Part shown: positions 18,342 through 29,011 of the stretch, in pieces
How the letters are laid out: every line of letters starts with the position of its first letter
Position numbering within the stretch: position 1 is the first letter of the stretch
Assembly (NCBI GenBank): GCA_965232515.1
Contig: CBDDPY010000002.1
Coordinates: forward strand, 3,104,001-3,168,000
Source: Alphaproteobacteria bacterium
GTDB lineage: Bacteria > Pseudomonadota > Alphaproteobacteria > GCA-2731375
DNA length: 64,000 bases
Reading direction: 5' to 3'
The notes under the pieces: model-generated
The model's input: only the letters and a program-made list of their open reading frames with translations
The model's database searches: none
What the model was told of the DNA's origin: nothing
Position numbers and translations under genes: made by a program

Positions 18342-19197
18342 CGACCGTTTGGCGGCCGCGGCGGCGCACGTCTTCTATCGCCTGTTCGGCATGCTGCCGC
18401 TGGATATGGCATCGGCGCTGGGCGGCGGTCTCGGCCGGCTGGTCGGCCGGTTCGCCGGCGGCGCGTCGCGGCAGGCGCGCCGAAACCTAACCCATGTTTT
18501 GCCGGACGTACCTGTCGCGGCAACCCTGTCGGAGATGTGGGCGCATCTCGGCCGCTGCATCGCCGAACTGCCGCATCTCGATCGGATGACGTTCACGGAC
18601 GAGCCGGGCGGCCGGATCGAGATTGTCGGCCGCGACACGCTGAACGCCCTGGCCGCGGATGGCGGTCCGGCGTTGTTCATGACCGGTCATATCGGCAATT
18701 GGGAGATTCTGCCGATCGTCGCCCAGCGTCACGGCATCGACATGCACCTGGTCTACCGCGCCGCCAACAACGCGGCCGTCGATCGGCTGGTCCGCCGGTC
18801 GCGCGAGACCCGGGTCGCCGGGCAGATCCCCAAGGGCGCAGGCGGTGCGCGGCAGATCCTTTCGGTGCTGTCGAAGGGCGGTGTCGTCGGCATGCTGGTC
18901 GACCAGAAGATGAACGACGGCATCTCGGCGCCGTTCTTCGGCCGCGAGGCCATGACCGCGCCGGCGCTGGCGCAACTGGCATTGCGGTTCAAGGCCCGGG
19001 TCATCCCGGCGGTCTGCGAACGGCTCGGCGGCGCGCATTTCCGGGTCACTGTGCTGCCGCCGATGCCGCTGCCGGATAGCGGCGACCGCGCGGCCGATGT
19101 GCTGACGCTGACGACACAGTGTAACGCGCTGCTGGAGCAATGGATCCGCGCCCGACCGGCGCAATGGCTGTGGCCGCACCGGCGCTGGCCGGATTGA
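18334..19197 (+). CDS. lpxL: Lipid A late acyltransferase (LpxL/HtrB family)
   Basis: GHIGNWE (HxxxxE), LVDQK, PFFG, PAQWLWPHRRW. Confidence 0.88.
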   Translation: MLSDRLAAAAAHVFYRLFGMLPLDMASALGGGLGRLVGRFAGGASRQARRNLTHVLPDVPVAATLSEMWAHLGRCIAELPHLDRMTFTDEPGGRIEIVGRDTLNALAADGGPALFMTGHIGNWEILPIVAQRHGIDMHLVYRAANNAAVDRLVRRSRETRVAGQIPKGAGGARQILSVLSKGGVVGMLVDQKMNDGISAPFFGREAMTAPALAQLALRFKARVIPAVCERLGGAHFRVTVLPPMPLPDSGDRAADVLTLTTQCNALLEQWIRARPAQWLWPHRRWPD

Positions 19198-19206
19198 CCG
19201 CTGCCG

Positions 19207-20040
19207 TCAGTTTTTCGTTGTCGACGCGCCGAGCATCGGGCCGGCGAGCAGGGCCGGGTCCAGGCGCTGCTTGAACCAGTTGACGCGCCAGTCGAGATGC
19301 GCGCCGGTGGAGCGGCCGGTCGAGCCGACCGCGCCGATCCGGTCGCCCTGCCGTACCTTGTCGCCGACGGCCACGTCGATGCGCGACAGATGCGAGTAGA
19401 CCGAGGTCAGGCCGTGGCCGTGATCGATCATCACGGTGCCCCCGGTGAAGTAGAGATCGTCGTTCGCCAACGCGATCTCGCCGTCGGCCGGCGCCGTCAC
19501 ATCGGTACCGGTGGGTGCGGCGATATCGATGCCGAAATGAGGACGACGCGGCTCGCCGTTCAGCACCCGCTGGCTGCCGAAGACGCCAGTGATCCGACCT
19601 TGTGTCGGCCAGACGAAACCGGTCTGGAACCAGGTCGCCGGGGTATCGCGCCGCCGCACCTCGGCGATCCAGGCATTCTCGCGCCGGATGCGCTGCAACG
19701 CCTCGGCCGACGGCGTCACCATCTTCGGCGGCAGGCCGTCGATGCGCTGAATATCGTATTGCCGACGCTTCACCTCGAGCTGACGCCGAACCACCTTGCC
19801 ATCGGGAAGGGTGACCGTCAGCTCCGCCATTGGCGCGAAATCCCGGCCGAAGCCGAAAACGAAGGCGCCGTCGGCGGCGACGCGGACGGCCACGTCGTCG
19901 AACACCACGCGGGCGTCGGGTTGGGTCCAGCCGCGCACTAGCCCGCCCTGCACCATATCGCCGTCGAGCCTGAGCACATCGGCCCAGGCGGTGCTGACAA
20001 ACGTGAACGCGGCCGCTAACGCCAACAATACCCGACGCAT
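19207..20040 (-). CDS. M23 family metallopeptidase, exported
   Basis: Start ATG 20040 with signal peptide; HFGID, IDHG, YSHL, STGAHLDW. Confidence 0.9.
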   Translation of the reverse strand: MRRVLLALAAAFTFVSTAWADVLRLDGDMVQGGLVRGWTQPDARVVFDDVAVRVAADGAFVFGFGRDFAPMAELTVTLPDGKVVRRQLEVKRRQYDIQRIDGLPPKMVTPSAEALQRIRRENAWIAEVRRRDTPATWFQTGFVWPTQGRITGVFGSQRVLNGEPRRPHFGIDIAAPTGTDVTAPADGEIALANDDLYFTGGTVMIDHGHGLTSVYSHLSRIDVAVGDKVRQGDRIGAVGSTGRSTGAHLDWRVNWFKQRLDPALLAGPMLGASTTKN

Positions 20041-20045
20041 ATCCG

Positions 20046-20252
20046 CTACCCGTCCTCCCGCTCGCCGCATTCCGCCGTCAAGCCGTCCGCCGCGGTGGCA
20101 TAGGCTTCCTGTCGCGCGACGCTCCAGTAACGCAGGGCGTTGACGGCGATGCGCTGGCCGGTGATGGCACAGGTGACGTAGCTGCCCGGCCGAACGACCT
20201 CGTAGAGCCCGGCACCATACAGCAACACGGCTTCGCGTTCCGGCAGATCCAT
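20046..20252 (-). CDS. DUF2093 family small protein
   Basis: GSYVTCAITGQRI..LRYWSVARQEAY; coupled to the xseA stop. Confidence 0.85.
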   Translation of the reverse strand: MDLPEREAVLLYGAGLYEVVRPGSYVTCAITGQRIAVNALRYWSVARQEAYATAADGLTAECGEREDG

Positions 20253-21685
20253 CAGAGCAACGTGCCCTGGCCGTCGGGCGTCTTTTTGCGCCGTGTCGCG
20301 CGGCGGGCCGGCGCGGCCTCGCCATCGACCGTCGCGCTGGCGCTGCCGTCATGGAATTCGATGCTGAGCGCCATGCCGGGCTTTGTCGCCGCCGCCGCGG
20401 TCACCGGTCCGCCGCCCGCTTCGCGCACCACGGCATAGCCGCGCGCCAGCACGTTGCGGTAGGACAGACTTTCGAGCAACTGGGTAGCCGCGGCCAAACG
20501 GCGCTCGGCGTCCTGGATCTGACGGCCGCCGGCGCGCTGCAGGCGCTCGATCAAACCGGCAACCCCCTCGCGCTGCCGCGCCACGTCCTGGGCCAGCAGC
20601 GCCGGCCGCAGCTGCGCCGCCACGGCCCGGAGGTCAGCGGCGCGCTGCGCGACGATCCCGCGCAGGCCCAGCCCCAGCCGTCCGCCGGCGTCGTCCAGCC
20701 GCTGCGCCGCCATGGCCAGCAGGTCGCCGGCCCGCGGCAGGCCACGCACCAGGCCTTCGAGATGCCGGCGGCGCTCGACCACCAGACGTTGCGTCGCGGC
20801 GCCGGCGCGTTGTTCAAGATCGCGCAGCTGGGCCAGCAGTTCGCTGCGCACCGGCACGGCGATCTCGGCTGCGGCCGTCGGCGTCGGCGCGCGCCGGTCG
20901 CTGACGAAGTCGATCAGCGTCGTGTCCGTTTCGTGGCCGACGGCCGAAATCAGCGGGATCTTGCTCGCGGCCGCGGCCCGGACCACGGGCTCCTCGTTGA
21001 AGGCCCAGAGATCCTCGATCGAGCCGCCGCCGCGGGCGACGATCAGCAGGTCCGGCCGGGCCACCGGCCCGTCGGCCGGCAGCGCGTTGAAACCCTGAAT
21101 GGCGGCGGCGATCTGCTCGGCGGCGCCCTCGCCCTGGACCAGCACCGGCCAGACCACGACATGGCTCGGAAAGCGGTCGCGCAGGCGGTGCAGGATGTCG
21201 CGGATCACCGCGCCGGTGGGCGACGTGACGACGCCGATCACCCGGGGTAGGAACGGCAGCGCGCGCTTGCGGTCGTCGTCGAACAGGCCCTCGGCGGCGA
21301 GCTTCTTGCGGCGCTCCTCCAGCAATGCCATCAGCGCGCCGACGCCGGCCGGCTCCATGCGCTCGATGACGATCTGATAGCGCGAACGGGCGGGATAAGT
21401 GGTCAGGCGGCCGGTGCAGACGACTTCCAGGCCGTCCTCCGGCTTGAAGCGCAGGCCGTTCGCCGTGCCGCGCCAGCAGACGCCGTCGATCACCGCCTTG
21501 TCGTCTTTCAGCGACAGGTAGAGATGGCCGGAGGCGGCGCGCTTGAAGCCGGAAATCTCGCCGCGCACGCGGACATAGCCGAAGCTGTCCTCGACCACGC
21601 GTTTCAGGGCGAACGACAGCTCGCCGACCGAATATTCCGGCAGGTTCGGCGCCGCGCCGGCTGCCTCCGTGGGCGACTCGCTCAT
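20252..21685 (-). CDS. xseA: Exodeoxyribonuclease VII large subunit
   Basis: [57 protein letters not shown]. Confidence 0.96.
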   Translation of the reverse strand: MSESPTEAAGAAPNLPEYSVGELSFALKRVVEDSFGYVRVRGEISGFKRAASGHLYLSLKDDKAVIDGVCWRGTANGLRFKPEDGLEVVCTGRLTTYPARSRYQIVIERMEPAGVGALMALLEERRKKLAAEGLFDDDRKRALPFLPRVIGVVTSPTGAVIRDILHRLRDRFPSHVVVWPVLVQGEGAAEQIAAAIQGFNALPADGPVARPDLLIVARGGGSIEDLWAFNEEPVVRAAAASKIPLISAVGHETDTTLIDFVSDRRAPTPTAAAEIAVPVRSELLAQLRDLEQRAGAATQRLVVERRRHLEGLVRGLPRAGDLLAMAAQRLDDAGGRLGLGLRGIVAQRAADLRAVAAQLRPALLAQDVARQREGVAGLIERLQRAGGRQIQDAERRLAAATQLLESLSYRNVLARGYAVVREAGGGPVTAAAATKPGMALSIEFHDGSASATVDGEAAPARRATRRKKTPDGQGTLL

Positions 21686-21758
21686 GGCCTATGTGTGCGC
21701 CAGATTGGGCTGTGATACAAGGGGGGCGACGGGCGGATCGGAGGGCAAAGCTAGAGCC

Positions 21759-23033
21759 ATGAACGTTTTGGTGGTGGGCTCGGGCGGGCGCGAACATGCG
21801 CTGTGCTGGGCATTGTCGGCATCGCCGCTGACGGACGCGCTGTTCTGCGCGCCGGGCAATGGCGGCATCGCCGAGGTCGCGACCTGCATCGACATCGATG
21901 TCATGGACTTCGCAGGGCTGCTCGGTTTCTGCCGCTCGGAAGAAATCGATTTCGTCGTCGTCGGACCGGAAGCGCCGCTGGTGGCGGGCCTGGTCGACCA
22001 GCTGGAGGCGGCCGGCATCAAGGCCTTCGGGCCGACCGCGGCGGCGGCGGTGCTGGAGGGTTCGAAGGCCTTCACCAAGGACCTCTGCGCGCGCGCCGGC
22101 ATTCCGACCGCGGCCTACAAACGCTTCACCGACGCCGGCGACGCCAAGGCCTATATCGCCGCCGAGGGTGCGCCGATCGTGGTCAAGGCCGACGGCTTGG
22201 CCGCCGGCAAGGGCGCCATCGTCTGCGAAACGGTCGCTGAAGCCAACGACGCGGTCGACGAGATCCTGGGCGGCCGCTTCGGCGAGGCCGGGGCCGAGAT
22301 CGTCATCGAGGCGTTTTTACAGGGCGAGGAAGCCAGCTTCTTCGCGCTCTGCGACGGCAAAAACGCGCTGCCGCTGGCGACGGCGCAGGACCACAAGACG
22401 GTCGGCGACGGCGACGTCGGCCCGAACACCGGCGGCATGGGCGCCTACTCGCCGGCGCCGGTGATGACTGACCAACTCTGCGAAGCCGTGATGCAGCGCA
22501 TCATTCAGCCGACGCTGGAAGCCATGGCCGCCGAGGGCCGGCCCTACAAGGGCGTGCTCTATGCCGGGCTGATGATCACCGCGAGCGGCCCGCAGCTCAT
22601 CGAATACAACGTGCGCTTCGGCGACCCGGAATGCCAGGCGCTGCTGCCGCGGTTGATGTCTGATCTGCTGCCGGCGCTGATCGCGGCGCGCGACGGCGTG
22701 CTCGACCGCTTCGACCTGCGCTGGTTTCCCGAGACCGCGCTGACCGTGGTCATGGCCGCGCGCGGCTATCCAGGCGACTACGAGAAGGGCGGCGAGATCA
22801 AGAACCTGGGCGCCGCGGGCGAGCTGCCTGACATCACCATCTTCCATGCCGGCACGCGCGCCGAGGCCGGCCGCATCTACGCCAATGGCGGCCGGGTGCT
22901 GGGCGTGACGGCGCTCGGCCAGGACGTCGCCGAGGCGCAATCCCGCGCCTACGACGCCGTCGACGTGATCGACTGGCCCGGCGGCTTCTGCCGCCGCGAC
23001 ATCGGCTGGCGGGCCATTGAGCGCGGCGGTTGA
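21759..23033 (+). CDS. purD: Phosphoribosylamine--glycine ligase
   Basis: Start [15 protein letters not shown] at 21759; [44 protein letters not shown]. Confidence 0.97.
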   Translation: MNVLVVGSGGREHALCWALSASPLTDALFCAPGNGGIAEVATCIDIDVMDFAGLLGFCRSEEIDFVVVGPEAPLVAGLVDQLEAAGIKAFGPTAAAAVLEGSKAFTKDLCARAGIPTAAYKRFTDAGDAKAYIAAEGAPIVVKADGLAAGKGAIVCETVAEANDAVDEILGGRFGEAGAEIVIEAFLQGEEASFFALCDGKNALPLATAQDHKTVGDGDVGPNTGGMGAYSPAPVMTDQLCEAVMQRIIQPTLEAMAAEGRPYKGVLYAGLMITASGPQLIEYNVRFGDPECQALLPRLMSDLLPALIAARDGVLDRFDLRWFPETALTVVMAARGYPGDYEKGGEIKNLGAAGELPDITIFHAGTRAEAGRIYANGGRVLGVTALGQDVAEAQSRAYDAVDVIDWPGGFCRRDIGWRAIERGG

Positions 23034-23089
23034 TGGGCTAACATGCGGCAGCAACGAATAACCGTTTTCCGGGAGGCAGGCCGGCGGCC

Positions 23090-24151
23090 ATGAGCAGAGA
23101 TCAGCACCAATTCACCGGCACCCAGCCGGTGCGCGAGCAGCACCGGTTCGACGAGGCGGCGCTGCAGCGCTATATGGCCGAAAACGTTGAAGGCTTCGAC
23201 GGCGACCTCACCGTCGAGCAGTTCCGGGGAGGCCAGTCGAACCCGACCTATAAGCTGAACGCGGGCGGCAAATCCTACGTGCTACGCCGCAAGCCGCCGG
23301 GCAAGCTGCTGCCGTCGGCGCACGCCGTCGACCGCGAGTACCGGGTGATCACGGCGCTCTACGACACCGACGTGCCGGTGGCGAAGACCTATGCGCTCTG
23401 CGAGGACGAGGACGTCATCGGCACCGCCTTCTACATCATGGACTGCGTCGAGGGCCGGGTGTTCTGGGACCCGACCTTGCGGGACCTGCCGAAGGACGCA
23501 CGCGCGGCGATCTACGACGGCATGAACAAGGCCTTCGCCGACCTGCACAAGGTCGACTACATGGCCGTCGGCCTAGACGGTTTCGGCAAGGCCGGCCAGT
23601 ACCGCGAGCGCCAGATTTCGCGCTGGACCAAGCAGTACCGGGCGTCGGAGACCGAGCCGATCCCGGCCATGGAGCGGCTGATCGAATGGCTGCCCGAGCA
23701 CATCCCACCGGGCGACGAGGTTTCGATCGTGCATGGCGACTACCGGCTCGACAACATGATCTTTCACCCGACCGAGCCGCGGGTGCTGGCGATCCTCGAC
23801 TGGGAGCTGTCGACGCTCGGCCATCCGGTCGGCGACTTCACCTACAACCTGTTGTCCTGGCGCCTGGGCGGCAACCTGTTCCGCGGCTTCGCCGGCGAGG
23901 ACCTGGAAGCGCTCGGCCTGCCGAGCGAGCAGGACTATACCGACGCCTATTGCCGCCGCACCGGCCGCGACGGCATCGAGCATCTCGACTGGTACCTCGC
24001 CTACAACATGTTCCGGCTCGCCGCGATCCTGCAGGGCATCATGAAACGCTACCTCGACGGCACGGCGTCCAACGAGCACGCGCTCGCCCAAGGCAAGCGC
24101 GCCATCCCCATGGCCGAAGCCGCCTGGGCCCAGGTCGAAGCGATCGCCTAG
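23090..24151 (+). CDS. APH/choline-kinase-like phosphotransferase (ACAD10/11 kinase-domain type)
   Basis: GGQSNPTY, VLRRKPPG, HAVDRE, HGDYRLDN, LDWELSTLG. Confidence 0.9.
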   Translation: MSRDQHQFTGTQPVREQHRFDEAALQRYMAENVEGFDGDLTVEQFRGGQSNPTYKLNAGGKSYVLRRKPPGKLLPSAHAVDREYRVITALYDTDVPVAKTYALCEDEDVIGTAFYIMDCVEGRVFWDPTLRDLPKDARAAIYDGMNKAFADLHKVDYMAVGLDGFGKAGQYRERQISRWTKQYRASETEPIPAMERLIEWLPEHIPPGDEVSIVHGDYRLDNMIFHPTEPRVLAILDWELSTLGHPVGDFTYNLLSWRLGGNLFRGFAGEDLEALGLPSEQDYTDAYCRRTGRDGIEHLDWYLAYNMFRLAAILQGIMKRYLDGTASNEHALAQGKRAIPMAEAAWAQVEAIA

Positions 24152-24186
24152 GCCGGCCCTGCCGGCCGAGGCTCTCTTTGCGCTCA

Positions 24187-24264
24187 CCCGCAGTCGCTCT
24201 ACGAGCTATGGCGGGGTAACGGAGGGGCTTGCCCCGCCGAAGCCCATTTGGGCGGGGGGGGGGG
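24187..24264. repeat. REP-like double-hairpin intergenic element
   Basis: CCCGC..GCTC-tac-GAGC..GCGGG hairpin followed by CCCCGCCGAAGCCC-attt-GGGCGGGG hairpin; ends in a G11 run at 24254-24264. Confidence 0.5.
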
Positions 24265-24329
24265 TCGCGCGGCGGAGATCACGGAACAACCCCATGCACA
24301 GGGACAGTCAAGAAGAAAGAGTAATTTGA

Positions 24330-24370
24330 AATCAATATATTACGATATTTCTAGAAATACCGTAATAAAT
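24330..24370. promoter_or_regulatory. IHF-consensus site overlapping a 36-bp AT-rich palindrome
   Basis: AATCAATATATTA (24330-24342) matches WATCAANNNNTTR; 24335-24370 pairs at 16 of 18 positions. Confidence 0.5.
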
Positions 24371-24457
24371 CCAATGCCCGTCATCACCAGGCGGGGTTCG
24401 TTACTGCCGTGCATACGGCTCAGCTGCCATAACTGGTCGAGGTCGTGTGAATTCCAG

Positions 24458-24488
24458 TTGATTTAAAATAAACAATTATTGTATGTTT
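24458..24488 (+). promoter_or_regulatory. Putative sigma70 promoter with overlapping TetR operator
   Basis: TTGATT-N18-TATGTT; palindrome AAATAAACAAT-T-ATTGTATGTTT (9 of 11 pairs). Confidence 0.5.
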
Positions 24489-24513
24489 CTTTTGGCGATG
24501 GGAGCATGACCGA

Positions 24514-25182
24514 ATGATCGAGAACACTGGCGCGCGGGACGAGGCGGCGAGGCCACGGCGGAAGCGGCGGACGCAGGAGGAACGGCGGGCGGAGACACGC
24601 AACGCCCTGATCGAGTCCACGATCGAGCTGCTGGCCGAGAGCGGCTACGCGAACGCGACGACGACGCGGATCGCCCGGCGGGCCGGCGTCTCGCTCGGCG
24701 CCATGCAGCATCACTTCGGCTCGAAGGACGAGCTGCTGATGGGCACCTTCGATCAGCTGATGGTCGAGCAGGCGGCGCAGACGAGCCTGGATCCCGGCAA
24801 GGGCCAACCGCTCGAACAGCGGGTCGAAACACTGGTGGCCCGGCTTTGGAACGTCTATTGCACGCCACGCTATGTCGCCGTGTGGGAGCTGTTCCTGGGC
24901 ACCCGGGCCGAACCGCATCTGCGCGATGAGGCCGTCGAGCACCGGGCCCGGGCGCTTAGAATCTTCGCCGATGTCTGGTGGTCGTTCTTCAAGGACGTCG
25001 GCGCGCCCGAGCAGGTCGTCGTCGATGTCATGCATACGACCCACGCCATGCTGCGCGGCTTCGCCTTCTACAGCGTGTTCGATCGCGACGAGGCCTTCTT
25101 CGCCCGGCAGCGGGCGCTGCTGAAAACCTTCGTGCTGGACGGGCTGCAGTCGGGCGCGCGGGCCGGGCCCCAGCGGCACTGA
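24514..25182 (+). CDS. TetR/AcrR family transcriptional regulator
   Basis: RRTQEERRAETR, HTH TTRIARRAGVSLGAMQHHFGSK. Confidence 0.92.
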   Translation: MIENTGARDEAARPRRKRRTQEERRAETRNALIESTIELLAESGYANATTTRIARRAGVSLGAMQHHFGSKDELLMGTFDQLMVEQAAQTSLDPGKGQPLEQRVETLVARLWNVYCTPRYVAVWELFLGTRAEPHLRDEAVEHRARALRIFADVWWSFFKDVGAPEQVVVDVMHTTHAMLRGFAFYSVFDRDEAFFARQRALLKTFVLDGLQSGARAGPQRH

Positions 25183-25200
25183 CGTTCGACGGCCACCGCC

Positions 25201-27270
25201 ATGAACGCCCCACATCCGACATTCGAGATCGGCGTCGACACCGGCGGCACCTTCACCGACCTGATCTGCCGCGGGTCCGACGGTTTCGCCTACCTGACAA
25301 AGGAGCCGAGCACGCCGGACGATCCCAGCCGCGCGGTGCTGCGGGCGGTCGACAGGCTGGTCGCCGAATGCGGCATCGACCCCCGGCGAATCGCGCGGTT
25401 CGTGCATGGCACCACGGTGGCGACGAACGCCATCATCGAGCGCCAGGGCGCGCGCGTCGGGCTGCTCGCGACCCAAGGCTTCAAGGATGTGCTGGAAATC
25501 GGCCGCCAGATGCGCAGCGGCCTCTACGATCTGATCCTGGCGCCCGAAACGCCGGTCTTTTTGGCCTCCGGTCGCTATCGTCGCGACATCGTCGAACGCG
25601 TCGCCGCCGATGGCAGCGTGCTGGTGCCGCTCGACGAAGCCAACGTGCGCGCCGCCGTGCGGTCGCTTCTGGAACTGGACGTCGAGGCGATCGCGGTCAG
25701 CTATCTCTTCTCATTCCGCCGGCCCGATCACGAACAGCGCACGCGTGAGATCATCGAGGAGATGGCGCCCGGGCTGGCGGTGTCGATCTCGAGCGACGTC
25801 GATCCGGCGGAACGCGAGTACGAGCGTACGGTCGCGACCGCGTTCGACGCCTATGTGAAGCCGGTCGTCGACACCTATCTCGGCAACCTGCAATCGGGCT
25901 TGCGCGACAAGGCCGTCGGCGCACCGCTGCAGGTCATGCAGTCGCGCGGCGGCATCGTCTCGGTGGCGAGCGCCCGCCGCCGTCCGGTGCGCCTGACCCT
26001 GTCGGGGCCGGCCGGCGGCATCGTCGGCGGCCGGCGGGCCGCGACAGGCGCCGGAATCGACAATGCGATCACCGTCGATATCGGCGGCACGAGCTGCGAC
26101 ATCGCGCTGATCTCGGACGGCAAGGCGCTGACCCGCGCCGAGGGCGACGTCGGCGGCTATCCGGTCCGGGTATCGATGGTCGACGTCAACGCCATCGGCG
26201 CGGGCGGCGGCAGCATCGCCTGGATCGACGCCGCCGGCGGCTTGAAGGTCGGCCCGCGCTCGGCCGGTTCGATGCCCGGCCCGGCCTGCTATGGCCGCGG
26301 CGGCACCGAGGCCACGGTCACCGACGCGTCGGTCGTGCTGGGTTACCTCAATCCGGACTATTTCGCCGGCGGCAGCCTGACGCTGGATCCGGCGCTGTCG
26401 TATCAGGCAATCGAGGAAATGATCGCCGGACCGCTGGGCCTCCGGGTCGAGGACGCGGCGCTGGGCATTCACGCCATTCTGAACGGCCAGATGGCGGAAG
26501 GCATCCGCTTCGTCTCGATCAAGCAGGGCTTCGACGCGCGCCGGTTCGCGCTGGTGCCCATGGGCGGCGCCGGCGGCCTGCACGCCACGGCGCTCGCCGA
26601 CGAGCTCGGCAGCGACACCGTTCTGGTCCCACCGCACCCGGGCGTGCTGGCCGCGGACGGCCTGCTCGCCGCGACCGTCGAACACGAGCTCTCGGCGCCT
26701 TTGCTGGCACCGCTCGACACGCTCGACGCGGACGCACTGCGCGGCGCCTTCGCGGCGCTTGACGCGAAATGCGCCGATCTCGTCACGGCCGACGGCCTGG
26801 CACCACGGGACACCGAGCTGTCGCACTTCGCCGACCTTTGCTACACGGGCCAGTCGTTCCACCTGGAGGTGCCGGCCGATCCGGGCGCAGCCGATCCCGC
26901 AGCCGCGCTGCGGCGGGCGTTTCATGCCGCGCACGACCGGGTGTTCGGGCAAAGCAATGACGGGGCCGTGCGCGTCGTCAATCTTCGCGTCGTGCGCCAG
27001 GCGCGCGCGACAGACCTGACGGCGGAAAATGCACCGCCGCCCGCCCCCGTCGCTGCCGTCCGGGCGACGGCGGACCGCGCGATTCACCTTCCCGGCGTGG
27101 GAGAGGTCGACGCGATCGTGCTGCATCGTGACGCCCTGCCCGAGGGATGCGGCATCGATGGCCCCGTTATCGTCGAGCAGAAGGACACGACCCTGTTGGT
27201 GCCGCCGGCCTGGCGCCTGCGCGTCGAACACGGCGGCAATATCCTGCTTACGCGCCGAAAGACCGGCTGA
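25201..27270 (+). CDS. Hydantoinase/oxoprolinase subunit A (HyuA-like)
   Basis: [55 protein letters not shown]. Confidence 0.93.
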   Translation: MNAPHPTFEIGVDTGGTFTDLICRGSDGFAYLTKEPSTPDDPSRAVLRAVDRLVAECGIDPRRIARFVHGTTVATNAIIERQGARVGLLATQGFKDVLEIGRQMRSGLYDLILAPETPVFLASGRYRRDIVERVAADGSVLVPLDEANVRAAVRSLLELDVEAIAVSYLFSFRRPDHEQRTREIIEEMAPGLAVSISSDVDPAEREYERTVATAFDAYVKPVVDTYLGNLQSGLRDKAVGAPLQVMQSRGGIVSVASARRRPVRLTLSGPAGGIVGGRRAATGAGIDNAITVDIGGTSCDIALISDGKALTRAEGDVGGYPVRVSMVDVNAIGAGGGSIAWIDAAGGLKVGPRSAGSMPGPACYGRGGTEATVTDASVVLGYLNPDYFAGGSLTLDPALSYQAIEEMIAGPLGLRVEDAALGIHAILNGQMAEGIRFVSIKQGFDARRFALVPMGGAGGLHATALADELGSDTVLVPPHPGVLAADGLLAATVEHELSAPLLAPLDTLDADALRGAFAALDAKCADLVTADGLAPRDTELSHFADLCYTGQSFHLEVPADPGAADPAAALRRAFHAAHDRVFGQSNDGAVRVVNLRVVRQARATDLTAENAPPPAPVAAVRATADRAIHLPGVGEVDAIVLHRDALPEGCGIDGPVIVEQKDTTLLVPPAWRLRVEHGGNILLTRRKTG

Positions 27271-27273
27271 GCC

Positions 27274-29010
27274 ATGACCGCTACGGAGGCAATGGCCGCG
27301 GAGCAGCCGCTCGACCCCGTCACCGTCGAAGTGCTGCGCCATAAGCTCGACGGCATCTCGAACGAAATGCAGCTGAAGCTGATCCGCTCGTCCTTCTCGC
27401 CGCTGGTGAAGGAGGGCTTTGACGCGGCCGCGAGCCTGTTCACGACGGGCGGCGAGGTGCTGTCCCTGTCGTTGTCTGTGCCCGGCCATCTCTCGGCGTC
27501 TATACCCTGCGTGCAGGCGCTGCTGCGCGCCTTTCCGCTCGCCGACGCCAAGGACGGGGACGTTTACATCATGAACGACCCCTATCTGGGCGGCACCCAC
27601 ATACCCGACATCGCCATGGCCGTGCCGGTGTTTCACCGTGGCCGGCCTATCGCGCTGAGCTGCACGATTACGCACCATCAGGACCTCGGCGGCATGGTGC
27701 CGGGCTCGCTGCCGACGAACGCGACAGATATCTACCAGGAAGGCCTCCGCATCCCGCCGGTCAAGCTGCGGGATGCTGGCACCGAGAACGAAACGCTGGT
27801 CGGCATCATTCGTCAGAACGTGCGGTTTCCCGACATGCTGATGGGCGACCTGAACGCCCAGCTTGCGTCCTGCACCGTCGGCGCACGCCGACTGCGCGCG
27901 CTGGCCGACGCCTTCGATGCCGAGCATCTGCAACGGATGTTCGACGATCTGCTGGACCGGTCGGAACGCCTGACCCGGGACGCGTTCCGCAAGATCCCGA
28001 ACGGCAGCTACCGGTATACGGACTATTTCGACAACGACGGCATCGAGCTGGACCGCCGGGTGCGGATCGAGGTGCGCGTCGACGTTTCGGACGACGCCGT
28101 GCATGTCGATTTCGCTGGCACGGACAGGCAGCTGACCGGCCCCTTCAACTGTGTGCCGTCGGCCTCGCAATCCGGCGTTTACTTCGCACTGCGCGCCATC
28201 GCCGGACCCGAGATCCCGTCGAACGGTGGCTGTTTCCGCCCGATCACCATCGACCTGCCGGAAGGTTCGTTCGTCAATCCGGTCGAGCCGGCGCCGGTGA
28301 ATTCGCGCTCGGCGGCGATCAAGCGGATCGCCGGCACCATCCTCGGCGCTTTCCGCGACGCCCTGCCCGACCGGATCACCGCCGATCCGGCCGGCCAGCT
28401 GCTGTTGCTGATCTTCGCCGGTTCACGGGACGACGACAGCCGCTACATAACCGGCGAGCTGCTGGTCGGCGGCAGCGGTGCCGGAGAGTCCTCGGACGGC
28501 GTCGACGTGATCGAGACCGACAGCACCAACTGCACCAACATCCCGATCGAGACGCTGGAGCTGGGCGCGCCGATCCGGGTCCTACGCGCGGCGCTTAGAA
28601 CGGATTCGGGCGGTCCCGGACGCCACCGCGGCGGGCTGGGCCTGGTCAAGGAATTCGAGCTGCTGGAGGGCCGGATGATCCTGACCCACCGCGGCGAGCG
28701 ACATTATTATCCCGCCCAGGGCTATGCCGGCGGCCAGGCCGGCGCCCGCGCCCGCAGCATCATTCGCCGGGACGGGAGCGAGTCTGAAATCCCCTCGAAG
28801 ATCGTCACCGATCTCGTCGCCGGCGACCGGCTGCTGATCGAGACGGCCGGCGGCGGCGGCCAGGGCGATGCGCGCGAACGCCCGCGCGACGCCGTGGCGC
28901 GCGACCTGGCCGACGGCAAGGTCTCGGCCAGCGCCGCCGCGGACACCTACGGATATGTCGGTCCCCCCAAAGAAGGTCCCGCAAAAGCAGAAGAAGGTGA
29001 AGGAGGCTAG
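27274..29010 (+). CDS. Hydantoinase/oxoprolinase subunit B (HyuB-like)
   Basis: NDPYLGGTHIPD, HHQDLGG, YQEGL, DSGGPGRHRGG, TAGGGG. Confidence 0.93.
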   Translation: MTATEAMAAEQPLDPVTVEVLRHKLDGISNEMQLKLIRSSFSPLVKEGFDAAASLFTTGGEVLSLSLSVPGHLSASIPCVQALLRAFPLADAKDGDVYIMNDPYLGGTHIPDIAMAVPVFHRGRPIALSCTITHHQDLGGMVPGSLPTNATDIYQEGLRIPPVKLRDAGTENETLVGIIRQNVRFPDMLMGDLNAQLASCTVGARRLRALADAFDAEHLQRMFDDLLDRSERLTRDAFRKIPNGSYRYTDYFDNDGIELDRRVRIEVRVDVSDDAVHVDFAGTDRQLTGPFNCVPSASQSGVYFALRAIAGPEIPSNGGCFRPITIDLPEGSFVNPVEPAPVNSRSAAIKRIAGTILGAFRDALPDRITADPAGQLLLLIFAGSRDDDSRYITGELLVGGSGAGESSDGVDVIETDSTNCTNIPIETLELGAPIRVLRAALRTDSGGPGRHRGGLGLVKEFELLEGRMILTHRGERHYYPAQGYAGGQAGARARSIIRRDGSESEIPSKIVTDLVAGDRLLIETAGGGGQGDARERPRDAVARDLADGKVSASAAADTYGYVGPPKEGPAKAEEGEGG

Positions 29011-29011
29011 A

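Noticed and set aside
23090-24151. Aminoglycoside resistance gene
   Set aside because: Motifs match the ACAD10/11-type housekeeping phosphotransferase clade, not APH resistance enzymes
24152-24513. tRNA gene or integrase attachment site at the accessory-region boundary
   Set aside because: No cloverleaf with T-loop and CCA end, no matching direct repeat elsewhere in the window and no integrase
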